Source: Lytechinus pictus (Eukaryota). From it: 64,000 nucleotides of DNA. The stretch spans positions 28,584,001 through 28,648,000 of the forward strand of contig NC_087245.1 of NCBI RefSeq assembly GCF_037042905.1. Direction: 5' to 3'. Below, in pieces: positions 11,489 to 24,260 of this stretch. The notes beneath the pieces are model-generated. The model did not search any database. It was not told where the DNA came from and was given only the letters and a program-made list of their open reading frames with translations. The first letter of the stretch is position 1, and the number at the start of each line of letters is the position of its first letter. The position numbers and the translations under genes are program-made.

Positions 11489-14400
11489 TTAATCACTATC
11501 GCTGCTATGGTCAATTTCTCCCTTTCGCTTCTTTAGCCTATGAATTGCTTCTTCGTGTCTGTTGATCTCTCTCTCGTGTGCCTCAATTTCCTCGTCATGA
11601 TGTTTCTTTAGTGCTTTGAGCTGTTCTGCTTGCTGCATAGAAAGAAAAACAAAAACAAACAAATAATGAAGGAATTGCATTAAACTTGTAGGCTGTATTT
11701 TTTTGTCTTATTGTAACTACAGCTTTGCAAGTGAAACTTATTACAAGGCGGTATGAATCCTAAGAATAAAGTGACTGGCTGAAATTTATTACTCATTGCA
11801 TGTCCAGACACTTGTTTCAGCTAACAGGAATAAGTGCTGCTGACTGGTACTATTGACTTGTTCTATTGACTGGTCTTTGTTTTGAGACAAGGATGGCTTA
11901 TCAAATAACAGGGATCGACATGAACATTTCATGAAATATATAATACACATCATTCTGCTCAGGTATTAGAGTGATTACCCACACTTGCTCCCTTTGAAAA
12001 AGCGCAAAAAACCTTAGCTATATACATTTTGTATGTTAGAACTGTTCTTAAAGTACCTTGTGTCTGTAAGTCTTACTAATGCTCTCGATACCGTGTATCA
12101 TTTGTAAATTATTTACTCAATCTACATTCTTTGGAGGCGCTTTGAAGCATATATGTATACATTGCAGGCCAAAAATTCCTTTTCTTTTTTTTCGGGGCTA
12201 CTTTTCACAACTTTCTGCCTAAATCTGCAACACTGGATACGCTTTCACATTGCAAGGAATGGGGATTTCCATGGCTCCTTTTGAGCAGGGGGGGGGGGGT
12301 AAATTGCCCCCAGCCCGTGTTATTTTTTCCCCTGATACATTGTATATTAATCATTCCATTAATTAAACAGTCACTTTTCTATTACCCTCTTTCAAACTAC
12401 AAAAAGTATCTACTTCCTTCCATAAATATCTCATAAACTTCTTTTTCTATAAAATGGTTGCACTGTCATGTTACACCAACGTAAATGTTATTTAAAAAGA
12501 AAGATATGACATGGAGGGGGTATTGAATATGATATGACTTTAATTTTTTATCTAGATTTGATATATGCAGAGTATACTGTTATTTCTATGGTTCAATCAG
12601 ATGGTGGAGATTTTCCACCCGATTGCTAAGAAAGCATAAATGCTTGTAAGCATGTAACCAGAGGAGCAAAGGCCTAAGGTCCTCTCTAACGGACCTGGTA
12701 AATTGAGGATGCTTTACCAAAGGGCACTAACGTATCGAGTGGGAATCAGACCCAGCCCTACCTGGGTCACTGGAATAAAAAAACGCCTCCTTTTACTCAC
12801 CAATTGCCTGAAATACTGTTCCTCATGTGCAGCTTCCATTTTACCAAAGGCACCTCCAGCATCACGGATAGATCCTCCAGTTCCACCACCCTAGCAACCA
12901 AAAGAAACAATGATAGTAAATACAACATCAATATATTGATATGAAAGTCGGAATCGATACAATTAGATATGCCAACCCCTTAAAAAGAATCAGTATTTTA
13001 ATAGATTTTTAGAGGATTTAGGGAATTAGGTGCAAAGAGTATTTTCATCTTTTTACATAAAGCAAATTGTGTACTATGATTTTTAGAATTTTTTTTTCAT
13101 ACAAAAAATAAAAATGAATATAAATTGGAGACCGGTGGCCTATCAAATGTCATGACTAAAATAAAACTACGTAACAAGCATCCCGTATTATTGACTTAGA
13201 AACCAAGAAAATTGAAACAGACAAATCCTACTTTGAAGGCTAAATAGCAACATAATAATAGGCATTTATATAGTGCCATCTATCTAGAAATATTCTATTC
13301 CGATGCGCACAAGAAAAGAAAGAATGAGAAAGTTTGGATGAGTGTCAACGTGCCAATAACTAATACTGTTAGAAAAGATAAGACTTCAGTTTAGATTTGA
13401 AGGTCTCCAGTGATGGTATAATTCTTAAATTCAATGGCAAATTATACCAGAGAGAAGGTGCTGAGGTAGAGAAAGCTCGCGCACCATATGCTACACGTGT
13501 CTTGGGAGTCTTAAGAAGTTACTGGTGTGATGATCTTAGGCTACGAGCTGGTGTATAAGGCATGACAAGGTCTTGTAGATATTTTGGTGCCATACCATTT
13601 AACACTTTCCAAGTGAGAAGAAGTACTTTAAATTCTATATGCTTCCGGATTGGCAACCAATGTAACTTTTGGAGAATTGGTGAAATGTGTTGATATTTGA
13701 CGTACCAGTTAAAACCCTGGCAGCTATATTCTGAGCATACTAAAGTTTTTTGACATTGCATGAGGTTACATTGAAAAGAAGAGCATTTCCAACATCTAAT
13801 CGAGATAGTACAAATGAGTGTATAACCATAGCAGCAGACTTATGGTCAAGGACTTTCCTAATCTTATATTAATGAGACTTGAAAATATTTGATAGTGTTA
13901 CTTACACTTCCAGATCCAGATCCGTATTCACCTGACATTCTGACTTGACTGAAATAGAAAAGAAAATAGAAAGCTTATTTGGCATCTATTTTTAAATAAT
14001 ATATCAACCCATTTCTTCATTCTCAAATTCACCAGATAACGATGCACACTGATATCTTCCGGGCTGATATTACATCATAAGTAGCTTGTATTGTTGGAAG
14101 AGACTTTGAAAATACAGCTGAAATTCTAGAAAACAATAAACTGGTACATTTTCTTAAATCATACAGCATTAAAGTGTGTTCACATCAACTTTTTTCAATT
14201 ATTTGTCATTTCAATTCTAAAACATGTGACTTTAAGCTAATGATTAAAAGTTATATTTGTGATCTGCTTTCAGCTAAATTTGATTGAAGTCATAACCATA
14301 TATTATTTGACTTTAAAATTATTCAAAAATAGGTATAATGCCCCAAAGAAGCATATTCAACAGACAAGAGCTTTGCAGCAAATTGATTTCCTGAGAGAGA

Positions 14401-17400
14401 ATGCCTGATCATGTGTTGCAGTATTAGTCGTCAGTAAATTTGAAGGATTGCTGATTTTTAAATAACTTGTCAGTCAGGTCATTCATGACAATCTGAAGTT
14501 CATAAAAATGATAAATATAGTAGAGGTGCTGGTCAGAAATAAGGATCACTCCAGTATTCAAGGATTTCTCCACACAAGAAATCTTTCAAATAGTTCATTC
14601 ACCTGTCAAGTGCCGACATCACTTGAGTGTGCTAGTCAGATAAACACATGAGGTTTCCTATCAAGATTATTGGAAGATGTCCAAGTCATAAAAAATAGAC
14701 GGTGATCTGGGGGGACCTGATTTGTTGGTGAATGGATCTATTTTTAGCACTCTCAATCCCTGCAATTGCCGTCTATGTCCCGCAGGGGAAGTGAAAAAAA
14801 AATGTCCTCATAAACAAGGCCAATCTCAGTTTCTGGACTAGCACCTCAACTGAAAGTGTTCAATATTCCTTAATAATAGAGAGTTTACATCCACATTTAA
14901 TTGTGGGTAATTTCAACATAGATCGTGACTTCAAGCTGATTATTGCAAATCCTATTTTGTTCTACATTAAGCTGCAATTAGTTTTCAAATTAAATCCGAT
15001 CTTGAGGCTTGCATTTAATCTTTAAGTGGAATTGTGCCAAATAAGAAATACATAAATATCCTCAATACATGTGAGCTTCACAGCCTACTTCAAAAGTGGT
15101 TTTCTCACAGAATGCCTGATCATGTTAATATTTGCAGAACTGGTAGTCTGTAATAAGTCCCCCAACATACTTGAAAGTTAGAGGGTCTTTGATTAATTAA
15201 ATCACCTTATTTGATCACGAACTTGAAAACAGAACTAGGGTCTAGATCTAGAGTAACCTGCCTACAATTCAACATGTTAAGCTTTTCTGCAATATTTTTT
15301 GTTCTAAAGCATCTTTTCATAAATGAAATTTGCAACAATATTTGTTGAATATAATTTGTCAAATTTTAATTGCAATGTTTATTTTCACCTTACACCTTAA
15401 TATTTAATGAGATCTGGATATGTATTGTCATGTTTTGTGGCCACAATTTGACAGCTCCTGCCCTTCGTTCAGCATAGCACATTGCGGGTTCAAAAGTCAA
15501 TGTGTGAGAGCGTCCGTGCAATGCGCCTCACCACATACAGTATGCAACATGAAGTTGCAGCGGCCATTTGCTCCCAAATCAGGCTCAGACCCCATGTTGA
15601 AAGACGGCCTTGTTGGAAGATACGATCTTAAATTTGCGAGAATATTCACAAACTCGGAATGACACAACAGATTTCTTCAATCTTAGTGCGGTTTTCTGTG
15701 ACCCTGACTAAGCTGCCGCATGCTCTGGAAATATGGCTAAGATTCCACATTTTTAATGATGAATTTTGACTTGTCAGAGGGGATTTTAGAGTTGAAAGCA
15801 GAACTTTCAAGTGGTGAGTGATAGTGTCGTGTATATACATAACTTGTGAAATAACTTTGCCATGTTGATTGGAGGCACATGTCGAAATTCCAGGTGCAGA
15901 CGTCCCTACTGTAGCCTAACGATACAGGCTACGATCTGATTTTGAATTCTGGTTTAAAAATAAAAAAAATTATTTTCAAGGGTCATTGCATTGTCATCCT
16001 TATACCAAAATCTTCGGCCTTCTGTTATATTGGTTGTTCCGCTGAACTCTGTTGGCTCCACTCACCAATTACATAGACCGAAGTTCTACTCGAACTGTAG
16101 TGGGACTCAATGGCCATATGTTTATGTATTAAGTTCAGATAAACCAAGGAAGTGGGAGTTGCGCGACAGCCAGACGTCCCTTATTTCCCGGGATCGTCCC
16201 GTATTTTGCTTTGTCCTGGCGTCCCAATAAACCCTTCCCGGGACGCCTATTTGTCCCGTATTTCTGAATATTGAACGAAACATAATTAATACATAGAAAG
16301 TGACAAAATTTTCATAAAATAACTGGCAAATAACCAACAGATGACTAAGCAGAGACAACAAAATTGATTACTGTAAACTTTCGCATGTTCTGCGGTGATT
16401 TTCTTGCTACACAAGTCTGCATGTAGCCTCCTGCCTTTGTGTGGCAGGCTACTAGCTAGGCGTACGATCAATGGAGCAGATTCTCAATGGTGCAAACAAT
16501 CTCACATGATAAACAGTTTTTCCACCAAAATAATCACAAATCAGCAGGAAATCTTTATAATTATATTATGGATTCTCAGATTACTTTAATATTTAGTGAT
16601 GTAATCGGAGGAGCAAGTTGAGTTTTCATAACTAGATCTAGTTGTTTCAGCTTTCGTTTGAGTATTGTTGTGATCTTGTAATTGAATGAGAGATGCCTGT
16701 GTGTGATGCCGCGATGTTTCATCTAATTTTTTAAGTTTGACAATGTTTAATTTGAAATTTTATTCATTTCTAAAACATTTTAGCTTTCTAACAATGTTTG
16801 AAATATACATGTATTTAAAAAACCCAATATAATTAAGATTTTTGTTAGATGATTAGATCTTTTGATTGCTTGAAGTTTGAAGGTTTTTCCTTCCTTCCTT
16901 CCTTTCTTTTTTTCTTTCTTTTCTATCCTTCTTTCTTCATCCTTCTATCCTTCCTGCTTGCCTTTTTTGTTCCATCTATCTTTATTTTCAATCTTTCTTT
17001 CCTGATCCTTTCTATCCCTCTGTTCATTTATCTTTCTTTCCTTCTTTCTCTTACTTTCCTTTTTTCTAATTTCCTTTTTTATTTCTTTCATTCTTTCTTT
17101 CCTTACATTTGTTTTTCCTTCCTTCTCCCTTCCTCTTCTTTTCATTCTTTTTCTGCTTCCATTATTTTCTGTCTTTTTTCATTCTCTCCTCCCTTCATTC
17201 TTTCTTCCCTCTTTTTAATCCTTTAAATTAATTCTTTATTTTATTTTTTCCTTCTAATTCTTTTCCCTATTCTTTCTTTCTTTTCCTTCCTTCCTGTTTT
17301 TCTTTCTTTCTTTCAAAGAATGAAGGAAACATTTTTTCTTTCCTTCATTCCTTTTTCTTACTTACTTTTTCCTTTTCTCTCCTTTATTTTTTCTTTCACT

Positions 17401-18402
17401 CATCTTCCCTTCCTTTCTTTTTCTTTCTTTCTTTGTTCATTTCGAAGAATGACAGAAACCTTTTTTCTCTCATTTTTATTCTTTCTTTCATCCTTCTTTC
17501 AGTCTAACTTTCTTCCTTTTATTTTTTTTCCCTCTCAATTCATCTCTTTTCTTTCTCTCCTTCATTCTTTCTTTCAATATCCCTACCTTTTCTTTTAAAT
17601 TTTCTAACATTGTGTAGCCTTCTTTTCGATCCGCTCATGCATCGTGCTTTGTTGATCATCCCGTATTTCATTTAGGGGACAGCAAAAGTAAGTCACTGTT
17701 TTTTCTTTTAGTAAGTCACTGTTTTTTCTTTTATTAAGTTTATTTTTTCCCGTTTCGGTGCAATTCACTTTCAAGGCCAAAACGGAATAGGCCAAATACT
17801 AATCTTTATTTAGGTCCAGTTCTTTATATATATTTTTATGAAATAAAGACAAAAATCGATAAGCCCGGTCTGTAGGATTTTGCATTGTTAACCCCCTCAT
17901 GGCGGATGACGGTTGCACGATTGCAAGCTGTCAGAGTCTGTGACTGTACACGTACGACTACATGTACGTCTACGACTACGAGAATTAAAAAAATAAAAAT
18001 GTTAAAAACTCCTTGAAACAGACAGCTGCGGAGCTGCCAGCTGTCTATCATATGCCATCCTTGATGCTCTAGCTACTCATTATTATTTATAGACTTCCAA
18101 ATCACCAAGTTTGAAAAAATCAAATACATGCAACATGCTGGCATTCTGTTCGAGAAATGTTAAACTTTTTTCGGAAAATAAGTAGAACCAAACATTACTC
18201 AGATATCTGCACATGGGACTAGATTTAGCAATTAACATGACGACATCATGATCATCCAGGACACACGCACGAAAACATAGCCAGAGAGGTTAATTCTTGG
18301 TTAAAATTGCAAATACCGTTACATGTTAACTACAATAGATACAAACCTGACTGCTATTACTGGTCGCCAAGCTTTTAGGAAAGATGTACGAGCTAAAGCC
18401 AT
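11489..18402 (-). CDS. ATP5IF1: Mitochondrial ATP synthase inhibitory factor 1 (IF1), 4 coding exons, 110 aa
   Basis: Exons 18402-18347, 13948-13906, 12890-12801 and 11632-11489 (56+43+90+144=333 nt, GT-AG, in phase). They give [98 protein letters not shown]...: a basic targeting peptide, the hallmark GSIR(D/E)AGGAFGKxExAxEExYF motif and a His-containing coiled coil. Confidence 0.95.
12580..12770 (-). mobile_element. Degenerate tRNA-derived SINE-like fragment
   Basis: Minus strand shows a B-box-like GGTCTGATTCCC followed by GTGCCCTTTGGTAAAGCAT, a layout seen in tRNA-SINEs; degenerate. Confidence 0.35.
13250..13865 (-). mobile_element. 5'-truncated L2/CR1-group LINE (ORF2 C-terminus and 3' tail), decayed
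   Basis: The translation HISPILQKLHWLPIRKHIEFKVLLLTWKVLNGMAPKYLQDL...YTPARSLRSS is the typical post-RT C-terminal region of L2/CR1-group elements. The 3' end reads CACTATATAAATGCCTATTATTAT. Confidence 0.85.
16170..17700. repeat. Degenerate element with TCCCGTATTT subterminal repeats enclosing a 700-bp CT-rich tract
   Basis: TCCCGTATTT/TCCCTTATTT units at 16177-16262 and 17660; polypyrimidine low-complexity sequence at 16885-17600. Confidence 0.5.
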
Positions 18403-18481
18403 TGCAGTTTACAAGATAGTCCCAACAAAAAATGGTCGAATAATTTTTCTTTCTCAATTCGGACTTTTCCGATTCAAGCTG

Positions 18482-18490
18482 AAGATGGCG
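18482..18490 (-). promoter_or_regulatory. YY1-type motif (CGCCATCTT on the sense strand) about 80 nt upstream of the IF1 start codon
   Basis: AAGATGGCG on the + strand inside the CpG-rich region 18420-18730. Confidence 0.5.
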
Positions 18491-19699
18491 CTATACCAGA
18501 TATGATACAGGGGGGTGAAACTCCGCTTCTGCATCCGGTCAGAATTGAAGAAAATTTTGGAGGGTCAAAAGTGCACACTGCTCCCATTTTTCGTATACAA
18601 GCCTATGGACACCGCCACTGTTTTGGTACACCAGCGAAATGAAGGCGTGGTCACGGAACGTCCTTCGCGCATAGCGTAAAAATATGTAAATTAGTATTTT
18701 GTCACTAATTAGCATAATGCGCGACCTGATTAATATCGTTTATGGTGTCTGTCAGTGATTACATCATGTCAGATCATTCGTTTTTTTCCTCCTCAGAGTT
18801 TTATTATTCATCTATTTTAATGATCTATTTGTTATTGCTTGTTACGATTATTACTGCATCTTTGCTTTGTTTTAGCTGCAAATGGCCAGGATCTTTGCTA
18901 AAAAATATTACAGAGGAGGTTCCCAAAGAAAATGTTGCCATATACGATGAAATCTCTTTAAGTTTCTGGAGCCCTTTTTTCTTTTTATTGCAGAAAACGA
19001 AATGAACCTCTTTTCATAATATAAACAAAGATAATAACAAATCAAATTCTTTTCCATAATTGTAGTCTCCAATATAAGTCCTATTATGAATAGCAGTCCT
19101 CGGAGCACTTAATTTTAAATGGCGACTTCTATGTCAAACATCAATAATCATGACCTAGGTATATACTATATTTTAGGGGGGAGGGGGTTCTCAAAATTAA
19201 ATAGGCAAGAGAGCAAACCGATCGTAGGCTATTTCTTTTTTATTTTCAACTGAAAATGAATCTGGTGTAATTTTCATTTGGAAAGAAAAAATACATTTTA
19301 TATGCAGGTTTCAAAAATTTGGAGAAATAATTAGCCCCCCCCCCCCCCCGTTACGAACAGTAAGGTCTTATAATTGCTTCTTTCAAAACAAACTGAACTT
19401 TCACCCCCCCCCCATCTCTCTCTCTTTCTGTATGTCTCTCTCTCAGAAACTGACATAGCTATATGCATACAAGCAAATAATTATCCTGTCATTTTACTTT
19501 CTTTCCCACTCTTATCCTTATTTTTCTTAAATAATATTTTAATTGACTGCTGTTTGATCTCATGTAACAGTGGCATCATCACATTCCAGTACAGTGCAAC
19601 ATCTTGTGCCATTTGTGCATAACAGCTCAGAAGCAATACATCATCACAATTAATTGATAAATGAAAATTACCAAGATCAAAAAATTCAATTCAAAATTA

Positions 19700-22400
19700 A
19701 CATGTTTATTAAGGGATCCATTTTCTAAAACATTGACATTAACATAAAAATAATAATTAGCATCTACCAAGCATTAAATTGTATTTTAAAAAATGAAGGC
19801 AATGCATAGCTAAAAAGGGCTGTTACTGGGTAAGGGTAGTATGGGGTGGGTATATAAATGTACAAAAATAGGATTAAGTACATTTTTCTACATTGTACAA
19901 TGTTTGTTAAAATTTCATTCAAAGGATCTCGATGAGCCTATAGTTAATATTCCATAAAAGAGCATAAAAACCTTTGATATTCGTTTATTTTCTTCCACAA
20001 AAGTTTATCACTCAAAAAAATTGGTAAATTCCTTTCAAATTTGCTGACAAGAAATAGTCTTCTGATGTGAGAGCACTCCTCATAAGGGGGGGGGGGGGTG
20101 GGACACAATGCCAGAATCCTAAAGAGTGCCTTCCCCAATCAATACATTAGTGAATCATTAACAAAATTTGATTTGTCTACTGTCACTGTGCTTAGAATTC
20201 AATCTATTTTTAAAATATAGTCTATTTATATATTATTGCAGTGGTAGCCCATTTCACATTTTTTTAAAATGAAGATAACAATAAATGCAACTAAATAATT
20301 TATGAAGACTTGCAGTGGCGTACCGTAGGTCACGGCATCGGGGGGGCACCAGCAAAAATTTTGAGACCGTTTCATATCTCTTCTTGGCACTTATGTTGTG
20401 ATACCAGTACTTAAACAGCTTAGGAAGTGGGAAACCTGCATGGTAAAAAAGAGAAAAGAACATAATAAGCTGTAAATTATTTTTACTCATCTAGTCCAGT
20501 TTAGTAAAAAAAAGATGTAAACTCTATTTTATATCTTCAGTGATAAAACAAGTTTAGCACATGCAGTCACTTTCGTCCCACATCCAGATAAATTCATATA
20601 TCAATATAACTATCTACAGTATGTTTTGAAAATAAAGAGTGAAAATTAATTCAAATATTTATCAGAATTTTGTGATAACTGTTAATATCTTGGGTTTTTT
20701 ATGCAAATGCATGTATAGACAGGAGATATGGATAATTAGTATGCAGTGTTAGAAATGGAAATACTGGTGAATCTGAATTCAAACAAATATTAACTCACAA
20801 TGGAACTTTAACATTACATGATATCGCATCATGTTTCAGCACAATTGGCCATAGCCCACCCCCTCCCAAAAAAGGGGAAATATTCATTTATTTATTTATT
20901 TATTTATTTATTTTTTTTTGGGGGGGGGGGGGGTGATGAGCTTAGATACAGCCTGTATATTATCAAAACAGTAAGCATACCTTGCAATTTTTCCATTCAG
21001 ATATCCTGTTCCTCATTAGATTGTAACTAACACTTGCTAATCGGCATGGTTCTCAATTTTGTACTTCTGACTAGGTGTGAACTGCTAAGAACTTGGTCCC
21101 ACTGGATCTGCAATTGACAATTTAAATTTGAGAGTTTTAGAGATAATAAAATTACCCTTCTTAAACAATATTTTTGAAATTTCCAGCTGCCCATATCCCA
21201 GGTCTATGAATGAATATTCCAAACTAGAACAAAAAAGTTATCTGGACCCGAAACTTCATTCTCTATCACATAGAGGCATAGGCCTACCTCACTCTGTTTA
21301 TAAAAGTAAAATGATTCCAACCACATATTTCTACAGCTGTATATAGCTGAATCTGGTCTATGCTGGGCCTGTATAACTTAAGAATAACATCACATTTGAA
21401 TGAAGTAAACACTAAGAACGTTTTCAAATTACCACCCCAGGCCGGACCCAGGGTATCCTGTTCAAATAGACTTGATTTAGGTCTAGGGTAGGCTACGCCA
21501 TTTCATTCAAATCTAAGACTAAGACAAGTAACACTTAACATAACAGACATTAATGCTAAGTCAATCGTATTTCAACACTGATTATTCTGAAGTAAAGCGT
21601 TCCTGAATAAAAGAAACTGCTGAGAATTATACTTATTCATATGAAGATGAAATAGAGGGGACGGACTAGGCCTAAACTTCAACTTTCAAGCTTGAAGTTT
21701 GGGCCTAGTCCGTCCCCGCTATTTTCATACCCCATGACTACATCGACAATCTCGCTCGGCTAGCACCGGCGATATCAAAGGCCGGATCCCGCTCTGACCA
21801 TATCCCTACATTGACCTAAATTTGAATAGGCCTAAAATCGACAGTTTGTCGTTACTAAAAAACAGGAGGTCGGAAACAAGTCCACATCTACCCCTGATAA
21901 TTGTCTAATCACAATAAAACTAAAATAAATGTTTACTTTGGACCTACATGAAGCATTCCGATGAATGTCTAGATCTACGACAAACTATAGACCCCTAGTC
22001 CTAGATATAGTATTTTTGAGAAACTCAATGATCACACTTATTTGGAAGTCAGGCAAAAGAAATATATTGAAATTGAGGTTTACATACCGTAGTGCGTAAT
22101 ACAGGATGAGCCCCGAACCCCGGCAAACACATTACAATTTGCAAGTGAGATCAAAACATGAAAATGAGCGTAACTTACTTTTATTCCTATGGAATGTCAT
22201 TAGAATAGTATTGATGTTCCCTCCAAGATTTTCCGCTCCAATGAAGTTCACTCAGAAACCATGATTTCGAACATCAATTATATAAACAGATAATTAGTCT
22301 AGCTATTTCGTTTCAGAAACTTCAAATTCGCAGAGTCCAAAAGAACGACACTTCGCACAGATATCGTAGGGAATTGTGGGACGGAAAAAAATGTTTAATG
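19700..22400 (-). ncRNA. Candidate spliced, polyadenylated long non-coding transcript (3 exons)
   Basis: Donor GTAAGT after 22179 (alternative GTATGT after 22088), internal exon 21107-20981 (TGCAG acceptor, GTATGC donor), strong pyrimidine-tract acceptor at 20435 and minus-strand AATAAA at 19705-19710. A CpG-richer promoter-like patch lies at 22330-22620. Only very short ORFs were found across the junctions. The 5' end is approximate. Confidence 0.4.
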
Positions 22401-22462
22401 CATGAGTACATGAATAAAACATTAGCGTTTAATCCAATCATACAAGTGCATTATGCGTATTT

Positions 22463-22534
22463 TGACGTCATTCTCATGAATAAAACATTGACCCTCCAAA
22501 ATCATCCTTCAAATTGTCCGCCGGCAGCCATGTT
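22463..22534. promoter_or_regulatory. Promoter-like patch: perfect CRE (TGACGTCA) and YY1-like GCCATGTT
   Basis: TGACGTCA at 22463-22470 and GCCATGTT at 22527-22534 in a locally CpG-rich region upstream of the candidate lncRNA. Confidence 0.4.
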
Positions 22535-22936
22535 GGCTATGTACAAAACCTATGGGAAATAAAAACGCGCGGAAAGAGTTCCCTCTCTAGCTCCCTTCGG
22601 GAGCTTACGTATACGTAAGATCGTATCTCTGTGATATGATATCGTATCTATGTGATAAAAGCGTTGAATGAAGATGCCAAGTATATTATGGCTCACATGT
22701 TGTTCCGAATTACAGAATTTGCTTTTCCCCGGCAAATATTTTGAAGAGCATTATAATTCATGATTTTTTTAATATATTCCATACAGTCACTGATTCGCTG
22801 AAAGCGTAATTTCTAAGTCCAGTTAAATCTAGTGTAAACTTGAAAAAGCCGTGAGTGACTTGGAGGGCCGGAGGGAGTTAAAAAAAAAAAAAAAACAATG
22901 TCACAAATGAGATCATCAGAATAAGTTAAGAAACTA

Positions 22937-24260
22937 CCCAGGACCAAAATCCAATTGAAACCAGTTGGATTTCCAACTGGTTTCAATTGGTTTCAATTGG
23001 TTTCAACTGGTTTCAATTGGTTTTAACTGGAATATAACAATTTCCAGTTGAAACCAATTGAAACCAGTTGGGCAACTGGAAATCCTAACTGGAACCCGTT
23101 GGGCAACTGGAAATCCTAACTGGAACCAGTTGGGTAACTGGAAATGACTTCCAACTGGAAATGATTTCTAACTGGAACCAGTTGGGTAACTGGAAATCCT
23201 AACTGGAACCAGTTGGGTAACTGGAAATGACTTCCAACTGGAAATGATGTCTAACTGGAACCAGTTGGGTAACTGGAAATCCTAACTGGAACCAGTTGGG
23301 TAACTGGAAATTACTTCCAACTGGAAATGATTTCTAAAGTCTGGAACCAGTTGGGTAACTGGAAATCCTAACTGGAACCAGTTGGGTAACTGGAAATCCT
23401 AACTGGAACCAGTTGGTAACTGGAAATCCTAACTGGATCCAGTTGGGTAACTGGAAATGACTTCCAATTGGTTTCCAATTGGAAATTTTCCAGTTACCCA
23501 ACTGGTTCCAATTGAAACCAGTTAATTTGCATATTATCTGCCAGTGTGCACAGATTAATGTTTTATGTGATTCATCATCATTTAAAATGTATCTATTTAA
23601 TTCTTTTCTATTTCAAGTACCATACTTGTTTCAGATAAGTGTTTAGAATGCTTAGCAGTGAAAACCATGTTCATAAATGGTATAGATTATAATTAAAACA
23701 GATTTTAAGATAATTAGTACACCACTAACTGTTACCAAATTACATCAAATACAAATACATATATTTGAAGATCTTTCATGTAAAAATATATACATTATGA
23801 GAGTTTATTTATCAATGCCCTTTACATTGGTATTATAGACATCTAGCACTGCTTCTTTGTTGGCATGAGCAATAGGTTTTGCAAAATCTAATTAATTTGT
23901 AACTAATTAAGTCATTCCAACTGGAAGTTCCAATTGGATCCAGTAGGAAACCAATTAGTTTCAATTGGTTCCAGTTGAAACCAGTTGCCTCCAATTGGTT
24001 TCAACTGGTTTTAATAGGGAAATTGGAACAACTGGAACCAATTGAAACCAGTTGCCAACTGGTTGCTTAATTGTTTTCAACTGGAACCAATTGAAACCAA
24101 TTGCCAACTGGTTCCAGTTGCCCAATTGGTTTTAACTGGAACCAGTTGGCAACTGGTTTCAATTGGTTCCAGTTGTTCCAATTTCCCTATTGAAACCAGT
24201 TGGCCAACTGGTTTCAATTGGTTTTGCTCTAATTGGTTTCAACTGGATTTTGGTCCTGGG
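22937..24260. mobile_element. Foldback-like element with TIRs and two arrays of short palindromic repeats
   Basis: TIRs CCCAGGACCAAAATCCA / TGGATTTTGGTCCTGGG flanked by TA. Arrays of CCAGTTG/CAACTGG/CAATTG units lie at about 22950-23520 and 23915-24250 and include a 31-bp minisatellite AACTGGAACCAGTTGGGTAACTGGAAATCCT. An AT-rich spacer separates the arrays. Confidence 0.85.

Noticed and set aside
13519..13761. 80-aa ORF inside IF1 intron 2 as a nested gene
   Set aside because: Decayed LINE ORF2 fragment with frameshifts.
16849..17598. F/L/S-rich and K/R/E-rich ORFs
   Set aside because: Translations of a CT-rich low-complexity tract.
20531..20600. Possible intronic C/D box snoRNA (CTGA about 100 nt from the 3' splice site with a TATCT/AGATA stem)
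   Set aside because: No acceptable box C (RUGAUGA), the span is short and no rRNA complement was recognised.
22950..24250. Regular short repeats that might look like a CRISPR array
   Set aside because: No unique spacers and no cas genes; the context is eukaryotic and the array is bounded by TIRs.
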